The translations under genes were made by a program, and so were the position numbers. The notes beneath the pieces are model-generated. The model was not told where the DNA came from. It did not search any database and saw only the letters and a program-made list of their open reading frames with translations. From positions 1 to 60,619 of the IMG/VR virus record IMGVR_UViG_3300045119_000430: a DNA stretch of 60,619 bases; one strand, given 5' to 3'. Source of the DNA: a virus. Taxonomy: Duplodnaviria > Caudoviricetes. Shown piece after piece: positions 1 through 8,984 of this stretch. Within the stretch, counting starts at the first letter, position 1; each line of letters opens with the position of its first letter.

Positions 1-127
1 GCGTTGATCTCGCCGTTCATCGCCCCCGCGAAGACCTGGGGCGGGGGCGGCAACGGACCTCGATCGATCGAAGAGCCGATGCGGACAGTGACCCCGTCGA
101 AGCGTGGTGAATTCGCGGTGATCGAAC
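1..127. repeat. 127-bp terminal direct repeat (identical to 60493-60619); circular assembly overlap
   Basis: Sequence gcgttgatct...gtgatcgaac occurs at both ends; an ORF reads through the join in frame. Confidence 0.97.
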
Positions 128-813
128 CGTTCATCGTCCGTCACGGCCACTACTCGACGATCACTGGCGCCGGCCTCCGCGAAGGTTGCGGCGCCGGCAC
201 CTTCCGCGGCCAGCCGCTCGGAACGCCCCTGGGGACCGTCTGCGCCACGAACGACAAGCACCTGGTCGCGCCCATCATCACGAAGCACTACGGCGGCGTC
301 GTTGGTCATGGCGTCGATCGCGCGCTCGGCACGGTGACGTCCAAGGATCACCACGCGGTGACCGCCGCGTTCATCACGAAGTTCTACAACACGACTACCG
401 GCGCGGCGCTCTCGGATCCGCTGCCGACCGTCACCGCCGGCGGCGGGCGCGGCGGTGGCCACCTCGCCGAGGTCCGCGCGCTGCTCGAGCGGTTCGCGGC
501 AGCGCCGACGTCGCAGAACCAAGACCTATTCGACCCGCTGCACACGGTGACCAGCAAGGCTCGCTTCGGCCTGGTCGTGGTTGGCGGCGAGACCTACCAG
601 ATCGCAGATATCGGGATGCGGATGCTCCAACCTCACGAGCTCTTCGCCGCCCAGGGCTTCCCGGGCGATTACGACATCACGCCCGAGTTCAACGGCAAGC
701 CGCTCACGAAGACGCTGCAGACCGAGCTCGCCGGTAACAGCGTCTGCCCCCAGGTCGCCGCGGCGCTGGTAGCCGCAAACCTAGGTGGCGCTGCGATCCA
801 GAGGGCGGCATGA
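1..813 (+). CDS. C5 cytosine DNA methyltransferase, C-terminal part (continues from 59623 across the join; ~560 aa total)
   Basis: Motifs IX/X MRMLQPHELFAAQGFP and LAGNSVCP; 290 codons from GTG 59623 join in frame to position 1. Confidence 0.93.
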   Translation, partial: ALISPFIAPAKTWGGGGNGPRSIEEPMRTVTPSKRGEFAVIEPFIVRHGHYSTITGAGLREGCGAGTFRGQPLGTPLGTVCATNDKHLVAPIITKHYGGVVGHGVDRALGTVTSKDHHAVTAAFITKFYNTTTGAALSDPLPTVTAGGGRGGGHLAEVRALLERFAAAPTSQNQDLFDPLHTVTSKARFGLVVVGGETYQIADIGMRMLQPHELFAAQGFPGDYDITPEFNGKPLTKTLQTELAGNSVCPQVAAALVAANLGGAAIQRAA

Positions 814-1298
814 CGGCGCCGGTCTTCAAGATCAAACGCCCTCCCGCGCATTGGGAGCGCATCGCCGGCCATCCCCAGCACGGACGCGAAGGGGTCGAGA
901 CCTGGGTCTATTCGGGCTTCACCGTCACCTCCCAGCTCGCCGGCATGGAGGCTCCAGACGGCTCCCACGACGTGATCCCGACGTGGCTCATGGTGGTGAG
1001 CCGCAGAGGCAAACGCGCCACCGACGACGACGTCAAGCGTGCTCTCCGCGCGTTCTCGATGGAGGAGGCGCTGGAGGACAATCACCACCCGGGCGTGGGG
1101 CGGGCGTTCTTCCTGCCGGTCGACCCGGGCCGCCGGCGAGACTGCGAGTGCAAGCTCGGCGAAGCATTGGTCACCGATCCAGACGGTTACCAGTGGAGCA
1201 ACGACACCGCCGGCGAGTGCCGAGGGTGCGAGTACGAACGAACGTACGGCAAGCCGTGCCCGATTCACAAAGCGCCCGCGGCAGAGGCAACCCCATGA
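810..1298 (+). CDS. hypothetical protein
   Basis: ATGA overlap with upstream stop; 162 aa, C-terminal Cys/His motif. Confidence 0.7.
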   Translation: MTAPVFKIKRPPAHWERIAGHPQHGREGVETWVYSGFTVTSQLAGMEAPDGSHDVIPTWLMVVSRRGKRATDDDVKRALRAFSMEEALEDNHHPGVGRAFFLPVDPGRRRDCECKLGEALVTDPDGYQWSNDTAGECRGCEYERTYGKPCPIHKAPAAEATP

Positions 1299-1517
1299 CC
1301 CGCACCACCCGAGAGACCGTGATGCTGGAGGCGCTGGAGCGCCCGATCAAACAGAAAAACCGCAAAGGAGATCGAATGAGGAACCGCAACAAGAAACAAT
1401 TCAATTCGGGGCGCCAGGGTGACGTGCGCGGCGAGGACTATGCCCCGGAGATCGAAACCTAAGATGGATGACCGGGAGATGGCGGCGGCTACCGGCAAGA
1501 GCGGGGAGGCGGCGTAG

Positions 1518-1993
1518 GTGGCCAGCGAGGAATATCGGCAGCTTCTTCGCGATCCACGCTGGCAGAGAATGCGCCTGAAGGTGATGGAACGCGATGGGTT
1601 CGCTTGCAAGGCGTGCTTGGCGGAAGACAAGACCCTAAACGTCCATCACAAGTTCTATCGCCGCGGTGCCAAGCCATGGGAGTACGACGAAAGCTCTTTG
1701 ATTACGTCTGCGAGGATTGTCATGCATGGATAACCAAAGAGAGGGCTGCCTTACAGATGTCAATTTCGGCATTCCCGGACGGGCTTATCCCGTTGCTCAG
1801 GGGATTCGCAGATGCCGTGACCGCCCTTGAGTCAGATGGCGTGCTCATGACCGACGAGCATGAGGTGAACCATTGTGTCGGTTCCGCTATGGCAGTGACC
1901 AGACCAAGCGAAGATTTGGTTGATGCGATCGTTAGTGCCCCGGGGTCGATAAACCTGAGGCAAATATCCCCATTCCGTAAGGGGATGGCGTGA
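1518..1993 (+). pseudogene. HNH endonuclease split by a 1-bp frameshift near 1706
   Basis: RDPRWQ..ERDGFACKAC..LNVHH..KPWEYDESSLIT in one frame; the expected CEDCH continues in the -1 frame. Confidence 0.75.
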
Positions 1994-2731
1994 ATGAAAT
2001 GCCCAGCCTGCGGATCGGAGAGCGGCGTGATTGATTCGCGTCTCATCGATGAAGGCCGCTGCGTGACGCGGCGACGGGGGTGCGAGTGCGGCGCCCGCTG
2101 GACCACCCATGAGCGCAAGGCAACGCCCGTGAAGATCGCAACGCTCTCTCCTTGGATGCAGAAACGCTGGGGCGCTAACCCACTAAATGCAGGCGATCGC
2201 CGACCCGAAAACCCACCGCATGCGGCCCCTTCGACCACAACATACAGTGGGTTAAATGACCCGACGATCACACCGCATTCAGTGGGTAAGTCGGAAAACC
2301 CACCAAATGCAGTGGTTCGTCATGATCTGTCTGATTCCGGATCCGATCCGAAGTCTTCTCCCGCTCTCTCAGATCCGGCTCTGAGTCAGGATCTTGGAGA
2401 TGATCGCGCGAGGCCAGCGAAGTCAGCGCCATTCGTCTATCCCGCTGCCTTTGAGGCGTTCTGGTCAGGGATCACGTCGCCGCGCAGCAAGGGCCTGAAG
2501 TCTGACGCTTTGCGCGCGTGGTCAAAGAAGGGCAAGCCCGCGGCGGAGATCCTGATCCCGAAGTGGGGTGAGTATCTCTCGCAGGTCGGCGAATACCCCA
2601 AGGACGTGTGCCGCTGGATCGCTGCCCGAGGCTGGGAAGAGGAATATGAGGCCGCCCCGGTCCGTAGGTCAAACGGGGCATCCGGCAATGTCGCAGTGCT
2701 TGGGAATTTCCTCAGGAAGGAATCGAAGTGA
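1994..2731 (+). CDS. putative replication initiator with N-terminal NrdR-like Zn ribbon
   Basis: MKCPACG..VIDSR..RRRGCECGARWTTHE N-terminus; C-terminal FEAFW..KSDALRAW..RWIAARGWEEE typical of phage initiators; internal repeats; helicase-loader-like gene follows. Confidence 0.75.
   Translation: MKCPACGSESGVIDSRLIDEGRCVTRRRGCECGARWTTHERKATPVKIATLSPWMQKRWGANPLNAGDRRPENPPHAAPSTTTYSGLNDPTITPHSVGKSENPPNAVVRHDLSDSGSDPKSSPALSDPALSQDLGDDRARPAKSAPFVYPAAFEAFWSGITSPRSKGLKSDALRAWSKKGKPAAEILIPKWGEYLSQVGEYPKDVCRWIAARGWEEEYEAAPVRRSNGASGNVAVLGNFLRKESK
2180..2315. repeat. five 16-bp iteron-like boxes (CAC-N3-AT-N3-G[TG]); candidate replication origin
   Basis: Boxes start at 2180, 2213, 2235, 2270, 2300 inside the initiator gene; GATC-rich tract follows. 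Confidence 0.7.
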
Positions 2732-3333
2732 CGAAGCGCGAATCGTTCGTGTCGGCGATGGCGATGTTGAGCGGGGCGTTCAGCCGAATCCTGACCGAGG
2801 AGGCCGTGGCGGCCTACTGGCTTGTCCTGGAGGCCATCCCAGCGCCCGACCTAGCCATCGCAACGAAGCGGGCGCTGGCGGAGTGCCGTTTCATGCCAAC
2901 CCCGGCCGAGCTGCTCGACCTGGCCGGCGCGGGCGGTGCGCGGGCGCTAGCCGCCGAGACGGCGGAGGCATGGGGTGCCGTGCGCAGCGCAATGGACCGA
3001 CACGACTACACCACGTCGGTGGACTTCGGGCCGCTCGTGAACGCCGTGGTGAGTAACCTCGGAGGCTGGCAGTTTCTATGCGGCCGGTCGCTGCGTGACC
3101 TCGTGTGGGACCGGAAAAAGTTCGAGGAGCTCTATGCGGCCTTCCGGGCGAAGCCGGTTGCCCAACTGCCCGCGGCCGAGCCCTGTCGGGGAGCATTCGG
3201 CGGTGCCCCAGTCCCGATCGCCATCGGCGGCAGGACGCCCCCAAAGATGATCGGCGGTGCCAGTGGCGTGATCGATGTCGTTCACCGGCTCGCCGAGGAG
3301 AAGGCGCGGCCACCGGGCGGAGACGTGCCATGA
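2728..3333 (+). CDS. DUF6475-like putative helicase loader/inhibitor
   Basis: CRFMPTPAEL, AEAWGAV, SVDF..LGGWQFLC motifs; position after initiator. Confidence 0.65.
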   Translation: MTKRESFVSAMAMLSGAFSRILTEEAVAAYWLVLEAIPAPDLAIATKRALAECRFMPTPAELLDLAGAGGARALAAETAEAWGAVRSAMDRHDYTTSVDFGPLVNAVVSNLGGWQFLCGRSLRDLVWDRKKFEELYAAFRAKPVAQLPAAEPCRGAFGGAPVPIAIGGRTPPKMIGGASGVIDVVHRLAEEKARPPGGDVP

Positions 3334-3698
3334 CCGCCGGCCTCTTCGACAAGTTACCTAAAGCCGAGCCGCGAGGACGGAGGGCTGATACTGCCCAACG
3401 TCCGTTGACCGGCGTGAGGGAAAGCGCAGCCGACACCACCGCTATCGGAGGGGCTCCATTTGGGGAGCCTCGCAGTACCGAGACACGGCGGAGCGCAGCC
3501 GGGGGAGAAGTTTCGGCCTCCCCGGCGAACGTCGGCATTTTCAGGATCACGCGGGAATGGTCGTCGTTCGCGTGGCTCTGCGAGGAGCATGCAACGGCGC
3601 GTCTCGCGGAGCGGTGGACGCTCGAGCGAAGCGGCGACGTCCGCGGGTTTCCATGCGACGACTGCGAGACGCGGCGTCAGGCGGGAGCCTCTCTATGA
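3330..3698 (+). CDS. hypothetical protein
   Basis: ATGA coupling; C-terminal CEEH/CDDC motif. Confidence 0.5.
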   Translation: MTAGLFDKLPKAEPRGRRADTAQRPLTGVRESAADTTAIGGAPFGEPRSTETRRSAAGGEVSASPANVGIFRITREWSSFAWLCEEHATARLAERWTLERSGDVRGFPCDDCETRRQAGASL

Positions 3699-4252
3699 GC
3701 CGCCGCATCGGCCCCCACTGCGCTCCCCCCATCGACCCAGGGCAGGTGGCGCTCGTGTTGAGAGAGGCGGTGAGGAGAGCGAGGGCGGACAGGTGGACGT
3801 TGCTCGAAGGGCTGGTGATGTCGGTGGTGGAACAGCTGGAGCAGGGCAAGCGGCCGGCGCTGCCCAGGGCGACGACGCAAAGGAGCGGTGACCCATGCGA
3901 GATGTGAGGCGGCGAATTGTGTTCGCGTGTCGCATGGACGCGAGCGGAATAATGCGGTGGCGGGCGTCGGTGTTCGACGAACCGTCGATCAAGGGCGATG
4001 AGGGAACGACAGCACGCGAAGCTATCGCCCTCCTGATTCGCGACAACCAAGAGTTCTTCGGCGTGTTTCTCGACCTCTGGGTGCACATGCCCGACGAGAC
4101 AACCCCGGGCGAAGGGACAGTGCTACTGTGACCCGCCTCCAAGCCTCCACCACCGTCCGCTTCTACCGCCCTCCTAGCCCCTGGGGTGATGTGGCTGTTG
4201 TTGCTGCGATCATCGGAGCGGCGTGGGTGGCTGCGAGGGGGCTGGGGTTTCT

Positions 4253-5026
4253 GTGAGCTACGACCTTCGCTTCGGGGACTGCCTCCACGCGGGTGGAATG
4301 CCGGCAATGGCGGATCGATCGGTGGACGTGGTGGTCACCGATCCTCCGTACTCCGAGCATGTCCATTCGAAGTCTCGGCGCGGGCTAACCGTCACGCATG
4401 TCGGTGGCGCCAAGGACGAGATCTCGGAACGCCGCGACCTCGGCTTCGATTCGATCGCCCAAGACCAGATGGAATCCGCCGCCGATCAGTTCGCCCGTCT
4501 CGCCCGCCGCTGGGTGCTCGTCTTCTGCGATGTGGAGTCCTCGCACCTCTGGCGTGGGGCGCTTGTCAGCGCGGGCCTCGAATACCTTCGCACTGCCGCG
4601 TGGCTGAAGCTCGGAGGCGCGCCGCAGTTCACTGGGGACCGGCCGGCGGTCGGCTTCGAGGCAATCGTTGTCGCGCACCAGCCGGGGAAGAAGTGCTGGA
4701 ACGGTGGCGGCAAGGCGGGGATCTACTCGGTGCCCACGGCCATCGACCGTAACCGCAGCGGACTCGACGCCCGCGTCCACACAACCCAGAAGCCCGTCGC
4801 CCTCATGGAGGCCTTGGTGCTGGACTTCACCGACCCGGGGGAGACGATCCTGGATCAGTTCGCAGGCAGCGGGACGACGGGCGTTGCGGCGCTGCGCCTT
4901 GGGCGGGGATTCATTGGCTTCGAGCGCGACGAGAAGTACCACGCCCTCGCCACAGAACGCCTCGTCAATACCCGGGCTCTTCCTGTCGGCTACCACGGCG
5001 CTGTCGCACAGGGGTCGCTGCTGTGA
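4253..5026 (+). CDS. beta-class N6A/N4C DNA methyltransferase
   Basis: TDPPY, HTTQKPVALM, ILDQFAGSGTT. Confidence 0.93.
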   Translation: MSYDLRFGDCLHAGGMPAMADRSVDVVVTDPPYSEHVHSKSRRGLTVTHVGGAKDEISERRDLGFDSIAQDQMESAADQFARLARRWVLVFCDVESSHLWRGALVSAGLEYLRTAAWLKLGGAPQFTGDRPAVGFEAIVVAHQPGKKCWNGGGKAGIYSVPTAIDRNRSGLDARVHTTQKPVALMEALVLDFTDPGETILDQFAGSGTTGVAALRLGRGFIGFERDEKYHALATERLVNTRALPVGYHGAVAQGSLL

Positions 5027-6135
5027 AGCACGCCGACATCCGCGTAGGCGATTGCTGCGATCTCATGCGCGAGATGCCGTCCGACTCGGTCAACTGCGTC
5101 GTTACCTCGCCGCCCTACTGGGGCCTTCGCGATTACGGCGTCGCGGGCCAGATCGGACTGGAGACAACGCCCGAAGAGTACGTGTCGAAGATGGTTGGCG
5201 TCTTCAGGGAGGTTCGCCGCGTGCTGCGGCCCGACGGTGTGCTCTGGCTGAACATCGGCGACTGCTATGCGACGGGCGCCGGCAAGGCGGGCGAATGCCC
5301 GGGCGGCGGTGAACAGGGCACACGCTGGCGCGGCGAGGCGAATCGAATCCGCGACGACAAGCGAGGATACCGAGGCGAGCGGCTGGCCAACGGCCGAGGG
5401 GACCAACCGGCCATCCTGAGGGTTAAGACGCGGGCGCTCCGCGACGGCTCTCACTGCGGGAAGCACACCGCGATCGCCGCCATCGGTCCAATGACCCAGC
5501 CGAACCGAATGCCGATCTCTGGCCTGAAGCCGAAGGACCTGGTGGGGATTCCATGGCGGATCGCCTTCGCCCTCCAGGCCGACGGGTGGTGGCTGCGCTC
5601 TGACGTGATCTGGTCCAAGCCTAACCCGATGCCCGAGTCGGTCCGCGACCGCCCGACGAAGGCTCATGAGTACCTGTTTCTCCTCACGAAGAGTCAGGAG
5701 TACTTCTACGACGACAAAGCGATCCGAGAGCCGATGGCAAAAGCAGGCATAGAGCGGCAACGATACAATCTAAATTATTCTCAGCGTGCTTACATTGAAT
5801 CAGGGTCGCCACAAACAGGCGGCCGACGCAATCCAGCCCCGGACAATAGATCACATCGTAACAAGCGGTCCGTGTGGACGGTGGCAACGGAGCCCTATGG
5901 CGGATCGCACTTCGCGACCTTCCCGAAGAAGCTAGTCGAGCCGTGCATCCTGGCTGGCTGTCCTGCGGGTGGCGTCGTGCTGGATCCGTTCGGCGGAAGC
6001 GGGACGGTCGGAGAGGTAGCGGAAGTACTCGGGCGGCAATGGATCCTGCTGGAGTTGAACCCAGCCTATGCCGAGCTGGCGCGGAAGCGGACGTCGCAAT
6101 GTGGGCTGTTCGTGCCGCAACCGGAGGTCGCATGA
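5023..6135 (+). CDS. beta-class N4C/N6A DNA methyltransferase
   Basis: VTSPPYW, HFATFP, VLDPFGGSGT. Confidence 0.94.
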   Translation: MKHADIRVGDCCDLMREMPSDSVNCVVTSPPYWGLRDYGVAGQIGLETTPEEYVSKMVGVFREVRRVLRPDGVLWLNIGDCYATGAGKAGECPGGGEQGTRWRGEANRIRDDKRGYRGERLANGRGDQPAILRVKTRALRDGSHCGKHTAIAAIGPMTQPNRMPISGLKPKDLVGIPWRIAFALQADGWWLRSDVIWSKPNPMPESVRDRPTKAHEYLFLLTKSQEYFYDDKAIREPMAKAGIERQRYNLNYSQRAYIESGSPQTGGRRNPAPDNRSHRNKRSVWTVATEPYGGSHFATFPKKLVEPCILAGCPAGGVVLDPFGGSGTVGEVAEVLGRQWILLELNPAYAELARKRTSQCGLFVPQPEVA

Positions 6136-6489
6136 GACGCGAAGAGCCCGAAGGCTATGCCCCCGCGGTGACCAACCCCGATCCTCGCCCGCAATCCCTC
6201 CCGATGTGCTCGTGCGGCGCCTTGATCCCGCCGTGGAGGCATCGTTGCATAGCATGCGAGTTGAGAGGATCGGCAGCGCGGATCAAGCGCCTTGGATTCG
6301 ACCCATTCGCGGAGGACGAATGAGCCGCCACTCCCCCGCAGTCAAGAAGCGCCGAGCCGCCTCCCGCAACGCCAGGAAGGCGGCAGCGAGGAGGACGTGG
6401 CCACCGGCAACGACGCCGACGCCAACCGAGTCCGACTATTTGAACTGGTTCGAATTTCAACGCACGCAACGAAACAGGGAGGGGACGAG

Positions 6490-7563
6490 ATGAGCAACGA
6501 ATCGACGGAAGGCATTGATCCGCAGCCAGCCCCGCGTCAGACGTGGGAACTGAACTGCGGCTGCAAGGTGGTCACCAGCGACAAGCCGCGGTCGGGATTC
6601 CCTGGCTGGTTCGATCTGGCTAGCAATGTTCCGTGCCCGCGAACGGCGGGATTTGTTCACGGCGGCTGGCACCCGAATCGGGAGATGTGGCCCGATGCCC
6701 GGCATTGCCTCGAAGCCTCCCCTCCCGCCGAGCCCCCTACCTGGAGAGGGATGAGGGTGGGGCAGAGGCTGGTGACGCCGAATGCCAGGTTCGAGTTAGA
6801 GGTACTCGCAGTTACCGCAAACAATCTCACAACCAAACGGGTGGACATCGGGCGGGTGGAAGACTGGACAAGGCCCAACGAATTCGTCGAATCCTGCCTC
6901 CTCGACGAGGAGGCGCCCCAGCCTCAGCAGCCCGACAGGAGCAAGTGCGAGACATGGTGCGGCGGGCAGTCCCCCTGGGGGCCCGGGCACGAGAAGGGCG
7001 TGATGGGGGGAGTGTTCGCGCACTGCGAAGCGGGGACTGACAGGACGGGCCCTCACTGGTGCTCGTTGGAGTGCCGCGACGCTCGCCTCCCTCCCATGGA
7101 GCAGGCCGCGGCCGCACCCGCCAGGGAGCCTCCGACGTTCAGGGGATCATTCAGGGCCATGGTCAACCAGGGCTTCGTGGTCGATCCGTTCTACCTCGGC
7201 ATCGATTACGCGCAGAAGCCAGCCCCCGCACCCCAAGTTGTACCCGCAGACCGTCCTATGTCGGCGCAGGCGGGAAACTCCGCGGAGAATCGACCGGCGA
7301 AGCATAAAGTCGCGGAGGCGTTGCTCGTGCTGTGCTCGCGCTGTGATCGCCATGACGCAACGGTGACTTTGCGGGTCGTCGGCAACGGGCGGTTGGACCG
7401 ACATTGGTGCGACGCCTGCTATCTGAAGCACGAGAGCTGGCTGGCAGCGAAGACGCGGGCCACTGGAACGCACCTCCCCGCCGACTACCGCCTCCCTCGC
7501 CCTGCCCCTCTCGCTGTCGATGAAACTGTGACCTGGGGACTGCTCCCCGAGGCGGGACGGTGA
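6490..7563 (+). CDS. multi-domain Cys-rich hypothetical protein
   Basis: RBS GGAGG and ATG 6490; several CxxC/CxC motifs. Confidence 0.6.
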   Translation: MSNESTEGIDPQPAPRQTWELNCGCKVVTSDKPRSGFPGWFDLASNVPCPRTAGFVHGGWHPNREMWPDARHCLEASPPAEPPTWRGMRVGQRLVTPNARFELEVLAVTANNLTTKRVDIGRVEDWTRPNEFVESCLLDEEAPQPQQPDRSKCETWCGGQSPWGPGHEKGVMGGVFAHCEAGTDRTGPHWCSLECRDARLPPMEQAAAAPAREPPTFRGSFRAMVNQGFVVDPFYLGIDYAQKPAPAPQVVPADRPMSAQAGNSAENRPAKHKVAEALLVLCSRCDRHDATVTLRVVGNGRLDRHWCDACYLKHESWLAAKTRATGTHLPADYRLPRPAPLAVDETVTWGLLPEAGR

Positions 7564-7832
7564 GACAGTCCCATCTAGCCGGCCTTCTGAAGGTGCTCCC
7601 GCACGTCGATGCCCCCGACTGCCCGAACAAGTGCGGCGGCGGCGACCAAGGGCTCGGGACCCCGATTCGCTCCGCCAGCGTCACCCGCTGGGAGGGTCCC
7701 GACGACGCCACTCTCCACTGCCCGTGCTGCGGCATCGGCTGGGCCGGCACGCCCGAAGACCTCGCTCGAGCGGAGGCCGGCTACGCCGCTTGGCTCGCCG
7801 AGATGAACCGCCGGCAAGCAACCACCCCCTAA
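7560..7832 (+). CDS. small Zn-finger-like hypothetical protein
   Basis: GTGA coupling; CPNKC..CPCC. Confidence 0.6.
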   Translation: MRQSHLAGLLKVLPHVDAPDCPNKCGGGDQGLGTPIRSASVTRWEGPDDATLHCPCCGIGWAGTPEDLARAEAGYAAWLAEMNRRQATTP

Positions 7833-7850
7833 CCAACCCCAGGAGACCCC

Positions 7851-8171
7851 ATGGACCGAACGACCGAGATACGAGAGCTGACCGACCGATTCACCCTCGC
7901 CCTGCACACCGCCATGGTGGACGAGATCGAGTCCCGACTCACCCGGGCCATGGACCAACTCGAGGCGGCCCCGGCGATTCGGGAGGCCGTCGGCATCGCC
8001 CCCAGGCGTCACCGCCGCAAGGCCCCGCCCCAGCTCTGCCCCGTCCCGAAGTGCCCCAACCGCGCCGCCCCAGCCTTCGGGATGCTCTGCTCCAAGCACA
8101 AGGACACGTCCAAGCGGGACGTAGCGAGGTATCGGGCGGCAAGGCGGGCGAGGAAGGCGGGCGAACGATGA
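7851..8171 (+). CDS. small basic protein, coiled-coil plus C-terminal CxxxxC..CxxH finger; putative DNA-binding protein
   Basis: RBS AGGAG; LCPVPKCPNRAAPAFGMLCSKH; Arg-rich tail. Confidence 0.6.
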   Translation: MDRTTEIRELTDRFTLALHTAMVDEIESRLTRAMDQLEAAPAIREAVGIAPRRHRRKAPPQLCPVPKCPNRAAPAFGMLCSKHKDTSKRDVARYRAARRARKAGER

Positions 8172-8731
8172 TCTTTCAGGCGGCCCCATGGGTCGTGGCA
8201 GTTGCCATGCTCGGGATCATCATTTGGCTGAGCTTCGAGTTGCGGCGGGCGGCGCGCCTCCAGCGAGCCGAGCCGCCGGTCGCGCGGCAGCCCGTCGTCA
8301 ACGACAACCTCCTCGGATGGGAGCCGGACATTGCCACGGTGATCGCGCTCGGCGCCGACCGGTTCATTGCGGTCGACACAGACGGCTGCCCCTGGCTGGC
8401 CGAGATGGACGTTGATGACGACGCGCTAATCCACTGGACGAAGCTCGATCGGCCTGAGATCTTCGGCAACGACGCGCAAGAGAAGCTTCTCGCACTCAAG
8501 AACGAACTGCGCCCGAAGATGGAGGCCGCTGGCTTCGACGAGTTCTCGATCTGGATCCGCAACGCGGCCAGCCCCGACACCGTCATCGGCATGGAGGCCA
8601 CCAAGGACGGCAGACCGTTCGAGTTCTCGCTTGAGACCACCGACATCGACGCCTTCGCGGTCCACGCCCGACGCGCTGTGGACTCAGCAACGATGGCGGC
8701 CACCCCACCTAAAGTGCCGGCGGACGCTTGA
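8168..8731 (+). CDS. membrane-anchored hypothetical protein
   Basis: N-terminal hydrophobic helix WVVAVAMLGIIIWL. Confidence 0.6.
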   Translation: MIFQAAPWVVAVAMLGIIIWLSFELRRAARLQRAEPPVARQPVVNDNLLGWEPDIATVIALGADRFIAVDTDGCPWLAEMDVDDDALIHWTKLDRPEIFGNDAQEKLLALKNELRPKMEAAGFDEFSIWIRNAASPDTVIGMEATKDGRPFEFSLETTDIDAFAVHARRAVDSATMAATPPKVPADA

Positions 8732-8984
8732 CCCAATCCCCTCCACTCTGCCCCCTCTGCTGGCGCGAACTGGTCGAGAGGTTTTGCTACGGCCACTTGC
8801 GCCACTACAGGTGCCCCGCGTGCCCGTCGGCAACCTGCTATTTCGTTGCGGCCGGGGCTGTTACGCCAGCGAGGTGCCGAGGGGAACTCGCAGCACCGAA
8901 GGGGACGGTTTGCGGGGGGTGCGGAGGGACTGGGCTGAGGCAGCCGAAGACGCGCAAGGCCAAGGCGAAGGAGGTAGATCCGGC

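Noticed and set aside
1994-2731. Calling this gene nrdR
   Set aside because: No ATP-cone domain; the C-terminus and context indicate a replication initiator
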